In this document: positions 12,721-60,342 of the stretch, piece after piece | Layout of the letters: each line of letters starts with the position of its first letter | Position numbering within the stretch: the stretch's first letter is position 1 | Source: Podarcis tiliguerta | Taxonomy: Eukaryota | NCBI GenBank assembly: GCA_965153285.1 | Contig: OZ229114.1 | Length of the DNA stretch: 64,000 nt | Strand: one strand, 5' to 3' | Made by a program: the position numbers and the translations under genes | Notes under the pieces: generated by a model | Told to the model about the DNA's origin: nothing | Databases searched by the model: none | Seen by the model: the letters and a program-made list of their open reading frames with translations, nothing else

Positions 12721-14569
12721 TAGTTGAATCCTGAAGGTACAACTTGAGCAGTAATTGGTGACAAAGGACTGCTTCATACATTATGCTGTGGTACCACGGG
12801 TTACAGACGCTTCAGGTTACAGATCCCTCTCCAGCTGCTTATTGAGTGAGGAATTTGGAAGCTTTTGCTTTAATTTGAGAGTTGGAATAAGTATTGTCTG
12901 AACCGGGACACACTAGTTAGTCTTAAGTATGATGGGTTGAAGCCGTAGTGTTTGATGCTGACTAGCTTCAAGATTACAACCACATTTTAGGTTTCAGACA
13001 GAATACTCAACTGTGGTCAATTTACAGTTAAAACTTCTGTACCACAAGAGGAGAGGGGAGAGACACAATTCTTACTATCATGCATGCATCAAGTCTGAAT
13101 TGATCCACTCAGTAGCTGAGTAGCATCAGCTTGCTCTGATAAAGGTACCCATATCATACATTTGCTTTCAGATACCTGCTTGTTGCACTATGTGGCAAGT
13201 CTAAACCAAATAAGCCCTTGCGTTTAGAGGTTCAAGATCCAACATAACTTCCTATTTTGGATCTGGCTGAGCTCCATGGCAGTATATAAATTCATTAAAT
13301 AATAAAAATAAAATAACAATAAACCCTTTTCATTCTTAAGTGACTGGTTGGCATATTTGTCTAGGTAGATTCTGCAAGAGCAGCCTCTGGAGGCTGGTCC
13401 TTAACAAACCTATACATGTCCTTATTCTTAATACCTGATGCATTTATTCTAATGTGAAGTGCTAGTTTGCTAATTGATTAACCTATTTGCTGCAAGTAAA
13501 TGAAAGACCGTTTTACATTCAGGCAGACCAAAGCAGGATGAAGCAGGTGTCAAGAGACCTTCTTATTTGCCCAGGCATTTTAGATTGTAGTTGATTGTTC
13601 TGGAATTGTGTTCTGTTTTTAGTGTTTTGTCTTGTTGTATTTTGTATGTTTATTTGTTGGTTTTAATTTTTTTGTACGTGTTGTGAATTAATTTTATTTG
13701 CAATTCCGTATACTGCCCTGGAATCCTTTGATGGAGGTGAGTTAAAAAGAAATAAAATACCCATTTTAAACAGAGCAAGTGCAGTTCTTATTTGTTTTCC
13801 AAACCTGCTCTCTGAAATTGTTGGTTGTGGATCTGTTTCAAGGGGGAAGTCTCCTGTGCTCTTACTGCATTTACTTCCAGAGCTGCATAAGGGAAAGGTT
13901 GAAGTGTTGACAGCTGTGACAAAGTCCAGTGCCATAATCTGTCACCAGATGAGTGAGACTATAGAGTTTGTGGCAGTCAACAAAGCATGGCAGCTACTAT
14001 TCATGTGTCAGTTTTAAAAGACAGGAAGTGCTACCCAAAGGAGAAGAACTATCAGAAGCTGACAGTCTTATAGATGCTTAAGGTTAAATGTCTTTTTTTG
14101 AATTAAATTTATATGTATTTGTTTCATATTTCCTCCTGAAATCCAAATTCAACCTTTAACATTCCAATATGTTACTACTTGGGAATTGGTTTACTTTGGC
14201 AGAACACATTCACAGTTTTGAATTTATCTCTTACAATTAAAGCCTAGGGGCTGTTAAAGTGCTATTTTACAGCCTAAACACTCTTATTTGATGCAATTTG
14301 TGTAACAAAGAAATCTGTTTCCAAAAATAGGGATCACTGTGGAAGTATGTAGGTCATACATAAATAAGCAGAAGACTTATTAGAATATTGCAAGAACTGT
14401 GCCATAAAATTTACAAGTCTTCATCCATGAAGAAAATGCATGTGGATGCCAAGGAATGCATGGACCTTCTTGTAGCCCCCCCCCCCCCCCTCCTTCAAGT
14501 CAACATTCATTGGCATGGGTTGGTCACACAGAGCGTAATAGCTTTTTGGCATCTGAAATCTATTGCGTT

Positions 14570-14790
14570 TATTTATTTGGCACGTTTCTATTTCACCTTT
14601 CCTCCAAGGAGCTTAAGGTGGCATAAATATTTTTTCTTCTTTCCCCAGCTCCACTTTATCCTCACAAACAGGATTTGAAGGTAGAGATAAATGGCTTTCT
14701 TAGGGTCAGCTAGTGAGCTTCATAGCAGAGTGGGGATTTGAACTCCAGTCTCCCTGCTCCTAATCTGACATTTCTAACCACTTCCCCACA
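14570..14790 (-). mobile_element. tRNA-derived SINE (Squam3/MIR-like), degenerate
   Basis: Contains gtgagcttcatagcagagtggggatttgaactc (B-box complement) and a (TTTA)n tail. Confidence 0.55.
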
Positions 14791-16697
14791 CTTGTTCATC
14801 TCAACTGACAATTGAAATTACTCTCGTGTCCCATGCCTGTAGTTGAGAGCAATGAGGAATTTTAGTGCGTTCTTACATTTTGTGAAAGCTTTTGGATCAG
14901 TTTGATAGCTTCTTCATTTTCCTAACTGTTATGATTTCTCTATGCAGATACATCCCCACCTTAAAATTACTTTGAATTAATAGACTTTCTTAACTATGTG
15001 CCTTGTGCAGGATATGTTATTGTTATTATCATCTAAGCATCTTACAAATATTATAAAGCAACACAGCTCCTGGCTTGCAGTCTAGATGATGATTTGTGAA
15101 ATGGAGAAGAGAAAAACCCTCAAATGAAACCTTAAATCTAATAGTACTGTTCCTTCTCAATATTATGTGGTTACCAGCTGTTGCAAGCCTAAAATTCAAA
15201 GCGTAGTTTTCTAGGCTATGCAGCTGCAAAATATGAAGTTGTAATTGTGTGGTGCATGAAATGTTCATAAGATAAAAATCTGATTGTTTTACAATTTATT
15301 TTACTGGTATTTTTAGATGGTATCATCTTCCATTTCTTCCCTTTTTATTTTTGTTCATGTTGTCTGATTAGATTGTGAATAGAGCCTTGTTCTATTTATT
15401 GTTTGTCATGCTTGAATGTTGTTGTTTTTAAGGTACTTGATAGATAGACATTATTCAATGTAAGCATAAGCCAGTCAAGTTGGGTTGTAGAGAAGAGGGG
15501 TTTGGAGGGACATTGTCAAAGCTGACAATGAAAATCTAAAGGCAGGGGAGGGGACATCTTAATACCATCACCAATCCTTCCCCATTTCTCTCTCCCCTGC
15601 CCCCCTGTCTCGGCTGCAAGGAAGAGCCAAGTACAGCAGGCTGTCTGCTTGAGTGAAGAGAACCCCAGTCTTTAGGGACAAAAACATTTGGTGTCATTTG
15701 GTCTTGGCTGCTAGGTACCACACTTTCTTGGTGGATAGTGTACTGTACACCTATTTGAAAAAGTAGCAGGACTACTTTGCAAAGCCTTCCACAGCCTTCC
15801 CCTTCCCAAAGCAAACTGCCTCCAGGATCTGCAAATATAGTTGGGAATACTCTGTAACCTAGGAACTGTGCTTCCCTTCCCCCTAACCTTTTGGATGGGG
15901 GGGCATAACTGTGGTGGGGCACTAGTGTGCCCCTCCCCTTCAAAATGAGTCAGAGTTCTTGTCTTTGATGTTCATTGGGAGTCTAGAAGTATCCTTTCCA
16001 GACATGAAATTAGTTAACGACTATAGTATATTCTTATCTCTCTGCCCTCAACATTCCATATTCATGGAAGCTCTCAGGGCTACTTCTGGGTTTTTTTGTA
16101 ATCTTTTTCCTTTTAATTTATGAACTTCTGCATATTCAGGGAGTCAACTTCCTTATTTTGAATAACCCTGTTTTGCTTCCAAACTGATGCACACTCCAAA
16201 CATCTGAGTGGCTTGGTAGAATAATAGCCTTACTTTTAAACTTCAGGATTGTTAAATATTCAGGATTGAAAATGGCTGGTCTTGATTTCCAGATCGTATA
16301 TGAAAATCCAGGTTATGGTCTCCAGGAAGATGGAAGAGTTGAGTGCCAAGAATGGTTCTTAAAGAGATTGTTGCGATGTGTGCACCCTTCTAAATTCTGA
16401 GAATCTTAATCTTTCATTTTAGTACATTCCCATGCACTTTTGTTGCAGAAATAAAATTTTAAAATATAGTGTCAAACATTTCAGGTTTGACTTGGTGCCA
16501 AACACTGATTCTACTCTAGCATTAGAGGCTGAACTGTAAGGGCTTCCGAGTTTTATGTTTGTACATTTGACTTTTTAAAAATGCTTGCACTGAGAAATGA
16601 CTTTGTCTTGAAAAGCCAGTTGCGGTACAGAGAGACTAATTTGGCAGACCATATTCCTAATACTGGGCCTAAATGTACCCTCTTATTTGCATTCTAG

Positions 16698-50950
<34,253 letters not shown>

Positions 50951-52200
50951 AAATTAAATTTTCAAGATGAATATCCCTTCTTGTCTTCTCCATGTAGGAT
51001 ATTAATTGAATTGCTGGATGTAACATACAGAGTAGCTTAATATATCCATGTATATAATTATTGTTTTATGCATTATATCTGAAGACCAATCTTGGAAAGA
51101 AACCAATTTTCTTTCCAGTGTAGAATGTAAATCCTAATCATTGCATAATAGAACGAAATGTTTGGTAAACATATTTATCTCCCCCCTCCCCCTCGGTTCA
51201 AGGTTGAGTTTTTGATCTCTTTTCTTTATGGGCTTATTTGAAAGCAGCAGATTTGTACTTGCCTACCCTTTCTTTCCATTTTTTATAGAGATGCTCATAT
51301 ATAATAGAAAGAGATTTCCTATATAAACCAGTTTCTTAGCACGCCCTTCGGTAGTATAATTTATGAGAGGCGGTGGGGGAAGCCTTGTAATGATCTGTTC
51401 TATTGGACATATAGTTTCATAAACAAACCACCCTTAACACCCCACTAATAATTTTAAAGACATTGGGTTGGATCCAGTGCTAGGCCTACTCTCAGAGTAG
51501 ATCCATTTAAGTGAACGGACATGATTAACTTGGGTCCATTAATTTCAGTGGGTCTACTCTGAGTAGGACTTGCTGTAAGCAAAGCTGCCCTAGAAACAAT
51601 AATGGCAAGTGTATCCCGAGATTGCGTCCCTTTTGATGGAGGCAGGATGAGGCAAAGCATGAGCAGCAGACGGAAAGCAGCATGATGGATCCAGGTTACA
51701 AAAAAGACAGGATCAAAAGTAAGAGATGGTAAAGGGATTTATAATATTTAGAAGAAGAAGGGGGGAAAATAAAACTATAGAAAGGGCCATATATTTATGA
51801 AAGGATGAAACAGCTTTTTAAAATGGTTTTAAATTGCACCAGTTTCTTTGTTGCAGTTTTCTGAGATTCCTGCAATTCTGATGGATAAATATATCTATAT
51901 GTTATTTAATGTACAGTGAAACCTAGATTATTATACTAGGATTTCAGTTATATAATATACAACCCTGTAAGGCATGCCTTCCTAAGTATGGACAATATCG
52001 TTGAAACTTTGCTTTGGTAAATGCACAAGCCGAAGGAAACATCTCCAAGACAGCCCCAAATGGGAGTTGTGTGTGGCCACAGTTCACAACTCATCATTTC
52101 AGTGGGACACTGGGGGAAAAAACCTATTGCTTGATTTTGCCCTTCAGGGGAACGTGCTCTAAAAAAAGGAAATAAAAATTCACAGGAGGGACATTGGCAG
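50951..52200 (+). other. PARG: PARG 3' UTR (end uncertain); candidate AATAAA at 51768, 52171 and 52818
   Basis: AT-rich sequence after the stop codon. The hexamers are visible, but the site actually used cannot be determined from DNA. Confidence 0.5.
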
Positions 52201-53647
52201 AAACGTTGCTATAACCAGTTCTCTGTTGGCTAATGGAAAAGCAGCATTAAGGAAACCTTGCTGCTTAATGCTGATTGCAGCATAATGCTGCATTGACTTT
52301 TCTCTCCAGCTTTGAAACAAACTAGCACGGGGTGAATAGGTTAATAAGAGCCGTATGGTCCCAACAGCTTCCTAATTAAAGAGAAAACTAAACTGTCCAG
52401 GATGCTGCATCAAAGCCAAAAGGCATAATTCCAGGTCGATTCAATATTTCCCCTTTGTCTTAATTTCTTTCACAGCTATTCAGTATCTTCCTTCTCAACT
52501 ATGTGGTATACTCTCTATTTTTAGCAAGAGAGAACTTCCTGGTGCTGCAATCTTGAATACTGAGAGCTGATGGGCCAACGATCCATTAGATGGGAATGTG
52601 CCATCACAAACAGCTGTGTAATAGAGTGCTTTTCTCTCTCTAAATTCTGCCGTGACAAAACATGCAATTATAGTCACCCATGGCTGTATATAATAATTTA
52701 TAAAAAGCTGAAGTATATCGTTCTTTAAACTTGCAGGTTGTGCGTTTGTTATTTTTGGATTGGGGCGGTGAAAAATCAGTATGCTACATTTACATGATTT
52801 CTTTTGTAAAGGAAAATAATAAACCCGATGAACCTTTTTCTCCACATTTGGCTTTTGGTGTGTTCATTTTTTTTAAAAAATTGACATACGTTTTTTATGA
52901 GCAATGCCACAGACCTATCTCCGGCCTACTATTCCATGCAAAAATCATTAAAGTTCTACGGCCAAACTATTCAAACTATGCAGCTGAAGAAACTGAACAG
53001 TACAACTGAAATATGTGCAAATTAAACAAAAGTACATATATATATATATATTTCCTATAACTTATTGTGGAATTTTTGCTTTTTTAATTTATTCTGGTTT
53101 TGCTAGTTGGGGTTGGGGAGAGGGATTTCAGAATAAGAAACCTTTATTGTGTCTGGGTCCCTTCGGACTGCAGTTGATAGCTTTCAAAAGTGTTCTCTAC
53201 AGCAGGAGCAGCTGGCCTGTCAGCACACCTCCAGGGCTGAAGTCAAACCACTGGAGAATCACGGTGCCCTCTGTGGCTGCAGAGACTGTTAACTCCTAAT
53301 TGCTGCATCCCGCATTGTTTTTGCTACGTTAGCAGCACCAACATGACCTCTCCGGGGCTGGGCTTCCCAGGTGACAAGACCCTGCCCCCTCAGGCTCGTG
53401 GCCTAAAAGAAAGCAGAGCTAATACGTTTGGCACCAGCTTGGCTGCAGGAGTTGCCAGAAGCAGGCATACAAAGTGCCATCCAACCATCTTAGGAGACCA
53501 CCATTATCATTATGTATATATTTATTTATTTTATAACCCTGCCTTTTCCCCTGACAGGTGGTTTACAAATAAAATAGGAACAGCTGAAAAACATGGGTTG
53601 AGGCAATAATTTTAAAACATTCAACAGTAATAGAATATATTCTATCT

Positions 53648-54018
53648 AAACCACTGAGCCGCTTGAGCTTGCCGATCAGGTGGTCGGCGGTTCGAATCCC
53701 TGCAACGGGGTGAACTCCCATTGCTCTGTGCCGGCTCCTGCCAACCTAGCAGTTTAAAAGCATGTCAGTGCAATTAGATAAATAGGTACTGCTGCGGTGG
53801 GAAGATAAACAGCATTTCCGTGTGCTCTAGCTACTGTCACGGTGTCCTGTTACACCAGAAGTGGTTTAGTCCTGCTAGCCACATGACCCAGAAAGCTGTC
53901 TGTGGACAAACACCGGCTTCCTCAGCCTGAAAGTGAGATGAGCGCCACAACCCCATAGTTGCCTTTGACTGGACTTAACCGTTCAGGGGTCCTTTACCTT
54001 TTTCTTTTTTTTACCTTT
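53648..54018 (+). mobile_element. Sauria SINE (slightly 5'-truncated), inserted in an L2-like remnant
   Basis: B-box ggttcgaatccc; (cctttA)n tail; TSD TATATTCTATCTA. Confidence 0.85.
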
Positions 54019-55118
54019 TATATTCTATCTATTAGAAACACAGATAATTACCATAAAACATCACGACACCAGCCCTTTCATTAAAAGCAGCCAGTTCCCA
54101 ACAGCCTGTTGGAATAAGATGGTGGAAGGACAACAAGGAAAGACTAAAACTCCTTATCCCTGAGCGTTGACCATACTGGTTGGGACTGATGGGGGAGGTA
54201 GTTCCATAACATCTGAAGAGACATAGTTAAGCCACCCTTCTCTATAGTTAAGTTTTAAAAATGCCAAGCCGGGGTGGGTGGGATGACCCTTAATTTGAGG
54301 CAAACAGAGAAAGCATTTTCCTGTCTTTAAAATGACGCGAGCAGATTACACATTATCAATTATAATGGAAAGCAACCTTTTTGTGTGTGTCCTGTCTTCA
54401 GCTTGTTGCTCATGAATTTACCTTTTGTTTTGTGTACATAAATATTCATGCACAATGGTTCTTTTCAAACCCTGGATAACATCAGAGGCAGGTTGAAGTG
54501 GGTGCCCCCTGGTGTAGCTCCACTAACAGCAGGGTGTTGTCAGTGGTTGCTCCTCAGTCAAGCTGCCCCCCACAATCTTCCTTGTTTGTGACCTTTTTAA
54601 ATATTTCTCCCACCCAACATGGGTGAATGTCATTACCTGGAACCAAATGCGTCAAGTAGAACTTGGGAAATGAAATTCTTTGGGGTTTTTTAAATTATTA
54701 AAAGAAGCATCTGCTCTTTAGAAATGTGAACTCTTTGTGGCAGCAACGTTTGCTGACGGGAAAGCTCGGTGGCAGTCAAAGGCTTTGTTTTCTCTTCGTG
54801 TACTGCTGTTTTCAAAAGGCAAGACCTATGTGTACAGTTTGGACAGTCCACCCACCCTCACAATGCACACATTAGTTGGGTTATATGAATTACATTGTAC
54901 AACCTTGGAAATACGGGATAATCAACAGAGAAGTGGAATGCATGCACGCATTCATGTCATATTGAGTTATTAATTTTTTTGCAGTTAAGAGCAACATTTC
55001 ATACTTTCTCATTTCAGCCAAAAGTTGCCGAGTAGAGAAATGGCAGAACATTGGTACCAAATTTATCATAACCACTGAAGATATTGTGGGACTTATAGGA
55101 AAAGATACTGTCAAAGAT

Positions 55119-55478
55119 AGGTAAAGGTAAAGGTACTCCTGCCCGTACAGGCCAGTCTTGACAGACTCTAGGGTTGTGCGCTCATCTCACTCTATAGGCC
55201 GGGAGCCAGCGCTGTCCGCAGACACTTCCGGGTCACGTGGCCAGCGTGACAAGCTGCATCTGGCGAGCCAGCGCAGCACACAGAACGCCGTTTACCTTCC
55301 CGCTGGTAAGCGGTCCCTATTTATCTACTTGCACCCGGGGGTGCTTTCGAACTGCTAGGTTGGCAGGCGCTGGGACCGAACGACGGGAGCGCACCCCGCC
55401 GCAGGGATTCGAACCGCCGACCATGCGATCAGCAAGTCCTAGGCGCTGAGGTTTTACCCACAGCGCCACCCATGTCCC
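55119..55478 (-). mobile_element. Sauria SINE (CpG-rich, young subfamily)
   Basis: (aggtaa)n tail complement, gggattcgaaccgccgacc and cagcgccacc. Confidence 0.9.
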
Positions 55479-56949
55479 ACACTATAAAAGATACTATGAA
55501 CTATATCAGACTGAGAAAGAAGAAAAAAGGTCAGGGTCCCCAGCATGGTTTTCTTGATGCCCATATAGATGATTATAAGGTTTATAAAAAGTTTATGGAA
55601 GTTTAAAGATTGCTGTAGATCTCCCAAGTGACTGGCAATAGATCAGCAAGCATTTCAAACTCCCAATTATTTAACAACAGAAGGAACAAAACTGCTTTTG
55701 CTGCCTGTATTAAGTTGCTGAAATGAAGAAAGCTACCTAGGAATGGAATTGTGTGGGAAGACAGAGTTCAATGTAGATTGGCTACCGAATGTGCTCAGAG
55801 GTACCCTGTTCATTCATTGTAACTCCTACCTGTCTCTGGTTTATATATGTTACGTTTATAGTAAGAAATGAGGTTGATCCAACAAGTCTGAAGTCTGTCC
55901 AATCATGCAATATACAGTCAAATGGCTTAGCATTCACTACACTGTTAGTTCCCAGCTTCCTAGTCTGGGTAAATGCCAATACTGGAAGGACCTTCTGTCT
56001 TGAAAGAGGTAAAATATATACCTGTAAAAGAATATCCCTTCAAATGCTATTTAGCATTTTTAACATGATTTAAAAGATAGATAAAATTTTGTGAAGTAGC
56101 AGTTGCTTGTAGCTTTCCAATATTCCATAAACCTTCTTTTAAAAAAATGAAATGCCTGTATATTTATGGCCTTGTTATGTACACAGCCTATTCCTTATTA
56201 ATTTATCTTTGCTTAAGTGAATTCAACCTATATGTGAGGCATCTCTTACTCTTAGCTCCATTACAGCAGTGCCATCAATTTCTGGCTAACCAAGCTGTCT
56301 CCTTGTGTTACAATGTTATTTGCAATTCTGAGTGGAGTGACTCTTGGAATATGGCTAAGAGAGATCCAGTACATTTCAATTACTCTTTATGTGTATTAAT
56401 TATATCACAAATAGCTGACTGATCTTGTGCATTTTTTCATCAAAGGACCCAACAAATGCTGTTATTAAACCTTGTGCTAACTCTGTCTTCAGATTGCTCA
56501 CACTGTAAGGTAATTACGCTGCTGGAATTTAAAGTCATTATTTCTGCTGTTGCCTGAGGAATTTGCAGAAGAAATAGTATTCATAAGTTGCCAGGAGCAT
56601 GGGTTTCTTAACTTAATCTTTGTCATACAGCATCATTCAAATAAACAAAATGACATTTTAATTTGATTACTTGACCCTCTACAGATTCAGGTTATGAAGG
56701 AGTGTTTTTGTTTTTTATAATCCATAAAAATTTGAGAAGAAGTGGGGAAACTGATAGGATATTCTTAAATTTATTTAAATGAAACCTTCAACAACATGGA
56801 GATACCCATGAATCTTTGAGGATTACACCATAAGATAGTCACATGCACAGAACAAAAGAAGCAGAAGAAAGAATTCAAAAAGTGTGACCTTCCAGTGCTG
56901 AGTTGAAAGCTGATACTGAACATGACCTGATGGACATCCCCACATCTCT

Positions 56950-57470
56950 TTTTTTAAAAAAAAATAATATTTATTAGAAGTTTTATAGTTACAGAAAAAA
57001 GAATATAAGGAAAAAAACAAGCAATAAAGAGTTAACAAACAATACATCAAGAATAGAAAGAAAAACAACAACAATGCAACAAAACGACAAGAAAAAACAT
57101 TTAAAAACACATCTAAATTTCATATCTTTATCTTTCATTTGCTTGTTTCCTCGACTTCCTCACACCTCCCTTTTTTGTATTCTAGTTCAAATTAGCTAAT
57201 TCAGCAAATCCTTTCCCTCTTTCTCAATTTTTTTTTGTTCTATAATTTATCTTAACACTATCTAATTTTAAATTTTCCACTTTAACCCATTAACAATCAG
57301 TTTTTGCATAATTCTTAATAACATTTCTGCTAAAACCATATCGCTTCATTCCAGTATTCTTCTAACATTCATTAATTTTGCAATATTTCTGTAAATATAC
57401 TTTAAATTTTTCCCAATCTTCTTCCATCGACTCTTCTCCCTGGTCTCGGATTCTGCCAGTCATTTCCACC
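56950..57470 (-). mobile_element. L1/Tx1-type LINE 3' end
   Basis: Minus-strand peptide EMTGRIRDQGEESMEEDWEKFKVYLQK, followed by a 3' UTR with AATAAA and an A-rich tail. Confidence 0.6.
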
Positions 57471-58060
57471 AGGACATCCCGCATCTCTGTGGTGAACTGC
57501 CAAAAGATCTGATGTTGGCCAGAGAGTGGCAACAACTCTAATACCAGAAGTACCAGTAACAATGATCTTGGGAATTGGACCCATAGTTCACATGGAAATA
57601 ACTTAAAATGTTTTCTCTCTGCTTTTTGACACCCAAGTCACCAATATCAGATTTTAAAACACAGACAAATAAAATAGTAATAAAGGATCAAAATAAAATT
57701 TATAAATAAGTTAAAACTACTTCATCTTAACACGTGAAGCAACAGCAGAATTAGATAATAAATTGAGATAATGGGGGAAACTGTCCCAAGCTTACCTTCA
57801 GTTGAAAGCTAATATAAACTAAACTATTCCACAACCTGAGGACCAGGCAGCTGTAATCCCTGAAGGCAGGGGCCCTGAGATCAAGGCTTCTGGTGAAAAC
57901 TTACCAAATGCGTAGGTTCACAGAGAAGGTGATCCTTCAGATGCCATGATTCTAGGCTGTATAAAGCTTTCTTTGTAGGTCAACACCAGTACTTTATCAG
58001 TAGAGTACTTCAATAAAAATGCAGTCCATACGGACAGAAAACTTAACAAGATTGTAACTA

Positions 58061-58428
58061 CAGTGGTGCCTCGCAAGACGAAAAGAATCCGTTCCGCGAG
58101 TCTTTTCGTCTTGCGGTTTTTTCATCTTGCGAAGCAAGCCCATTGATGGAGTAGCGCTATTAGCACTATTGGCGATTTAAGGGCTAAAAACGGCTTTTTA
58201 AGGGGTGGGGGATTAGCGGTTTTGCTGCTAAAATGCTTTTAGCAGCTTAGCGATTCAAAATAAGGGGGTTTGGAGCAAAAAAAATAATTCAAATTTTCCC
58301 GTCATTTTTCGTCTTGCGAAGCAAGCCCATAGGGAAATTCGTCCTGCGAAGCGCCTCTGCAAACGGAAAACCCTTTCGTCTTGCGGGTTTTCCGTCTTGC
58401 GAGGCATTCGTCTTGCGGGGCACCACTG
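58061..58428. mobile_element. Tc1/mariner-type MITE, 368 bp
   Basis: TIRs CAGTGGTGCCTCGCAAGACGAA / TTCGTCTTGCGGGGCACCACTG; TA TSD; multiple internal TTCGTCTTGCG repeats. Confidence 0.88.
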
Positions 58429-59331
58429 TATTGTGTGTTAGGCTCTTTAATGAGCTCAAGCTGCACAACTCTTCCTCAAGCTAGATTTTTTTTTAAAAAA
58501 AGGTAACTTAGATTCCAACTCTAACCCCATTTTATTCAATTTAGTGTTAAACATTAGATTTACTCTCTTCCAATCCTCTGGGGAGCTCTGTGTGCACATT
58601 ACCTTGAGAGCATGAGCTGTCCTAGTTGCACTTTGCTAATGCTATAAAATGTTTATTAATAGTAGAAAGCTAAGAGTTTTACTCAAGCCTTTTTTCTTGG
58701 TGTTTAACAAGATTTATAAGTGCCCTCTTAGAAAAGGTGTTTAACCTATAGATAATGTGCCATCACACATTTTTGAAGGAAGTTGCCCAAAGGACAGTGT
58801 CAAAACTTTCGATTCAAAATACTTGCTCTAGCATTTTTCTTTGCAATATGGGACCTATGAAGCAAATGTAGTGTGAAAGAGTGTGCTGGTAATCTAGCCA
58901 TTTCACTATTTGTTTGAGCAGCACCCTGCTATGACTTCGAAAATGACGGTTTTGTTCTGAAAGCATCAATCAGGATTTGAGATATCCCCCCCTCCCACCT
59001 TCATTGTCACTGCAGAAATGGCTTGCTGCTTGGAGTCTCGCAAGGAGCCAATACCTTCTCCACAGTACCTTTTAGGAGATTGTCTTTCAATATGATAAAT
59101 GTGTGAATATAAAAAAAAATCTTTTTTGTTTTCTATGCACTGGTGGGAGCCACAAAAATCATGTCGATGGTCCATGTCCATCACAGAGGGTGGCAAAGAT
59201 TCCCCTGAACCATTTACTTGTAATTTCTTTAACAACAAAAAAGAGACTGAAATAGCTTGGCCACTGGTCCTTAAAAAACATTAATCAGGCATTCTCTTGG
59301 CTAAACCCTGGACACAGCCATAGTGATCAGA

Positions 59332-60342
59332 ACATAGAATTGTTGAGTTGGAAGGGACCCTGAGGGTCATTCATTCCAACCCTCTGTTCTGCAGGAACCT
59401 CAACTAGATAATACATGGCAGATAGCCATCCAACTTCTGCTTAAAAACTTCAAAGGAAGGAGAGTCCACCACCTCCCGAGAAAGTCCGTTTCACTGTCAA
59501 ACAGCTCTTACTGTCAGAATTTTCTTCCTGGTGTTTAGTCCAAATCTCCTTTCTTGTAACTTGAATCTATTTGTTCAGGTCCTAGCTTCCGGAGCAGGAT
59601 AAAACAAGCTTGCTCCATGTGACAGCCCTTGAGATATTTGAAGGTGGCAATCATATCTCCTCTCAGACTCCTCTTTACCAGGCTTGTTGTTGTTTAGTCG
59701 TGTCCGACTCTTTGTGACCCCATGGACCAGAGCACACCAGGCACTCCTGTCTTCCACTGCCTTCCGCAGTTTGGTCAAACTCATGCTGGTAGCTTCGAGA
59801 ACACTGTCCAACCATCTCGTCCTCTGTCATCCCCTTTTCCTTGTGCCCTCCGTCTTTCGCAATATCAGGGTCTTTTCCAGGGAGTCTTCTCTTCTCATGA
59901 GGTGGCCAAAGTATTGGAGTCTCAGCTTCAGGATCTGTCCTTCCAGTGAGCACTCAGGGCTGATTTACTTCAGAATGGATAGGTTTGATCTTCTTGCAGT
60001 CCATGGGACTCTCAAGAGTCTCCTCCAGCACCATAATTCAAAAGCATCAATTCTTCGGCGATCAGCCTTCTTTATGGTCCAGCCCTCATTTCCATACATC
60101 ACTACTGGGAAAACCATAGCTTTTAACTATACGGACCTTTGTTGGCAAGGTGATGTCTCTGTTTTTCCCCCCTCAACCATTTTCCCCCTCAACTGTTCTT
60201 CATAAGGCTTGGTTTCCAGACCCTTGATCATCGTGGTTGCCTTCCTCTTTGCACATTCCAGCTTGTCAATATCTGTCTTAAACTGTGGTGCCCAGAACTG
60301 GATATACTACTCCAGGTGTGCTCTGACCAGGGCAGAATAGAG
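59332..60342 (-). mobile_element. CR1 LINE 3' fragment, interrupted by BovB
   Basis: Starts catagaattgttgagttggaagggacc and resumes after the BovB insert with gtggtgcccagaactggatatactactccagg. Confidence 0.8.
59684..60161 (-). mobile_element. BovB (RTE clade) LINE 3' end
   Basis: The minus strand encodes LQYFGHLMRREDSLEKTL and DRSAWCALVHGVTKSRTRLN, followed by a (CAA)n tail. Confidence 0.92.

Noticed and set aside
1-16697. Searched for the preceding PARG exon (DAILKYN...WDFTAL-like)
   Set aside because: I could not find it by eye. The region is treated as one long intron, with the upstream exons presumably outside the window.
53680-53705. GGTTCGAATCCC, a tRNA T-loop/B-box
   Set aside because: It is the internal Pol III promoter of a Sauria SINE, not a tRNA gene.
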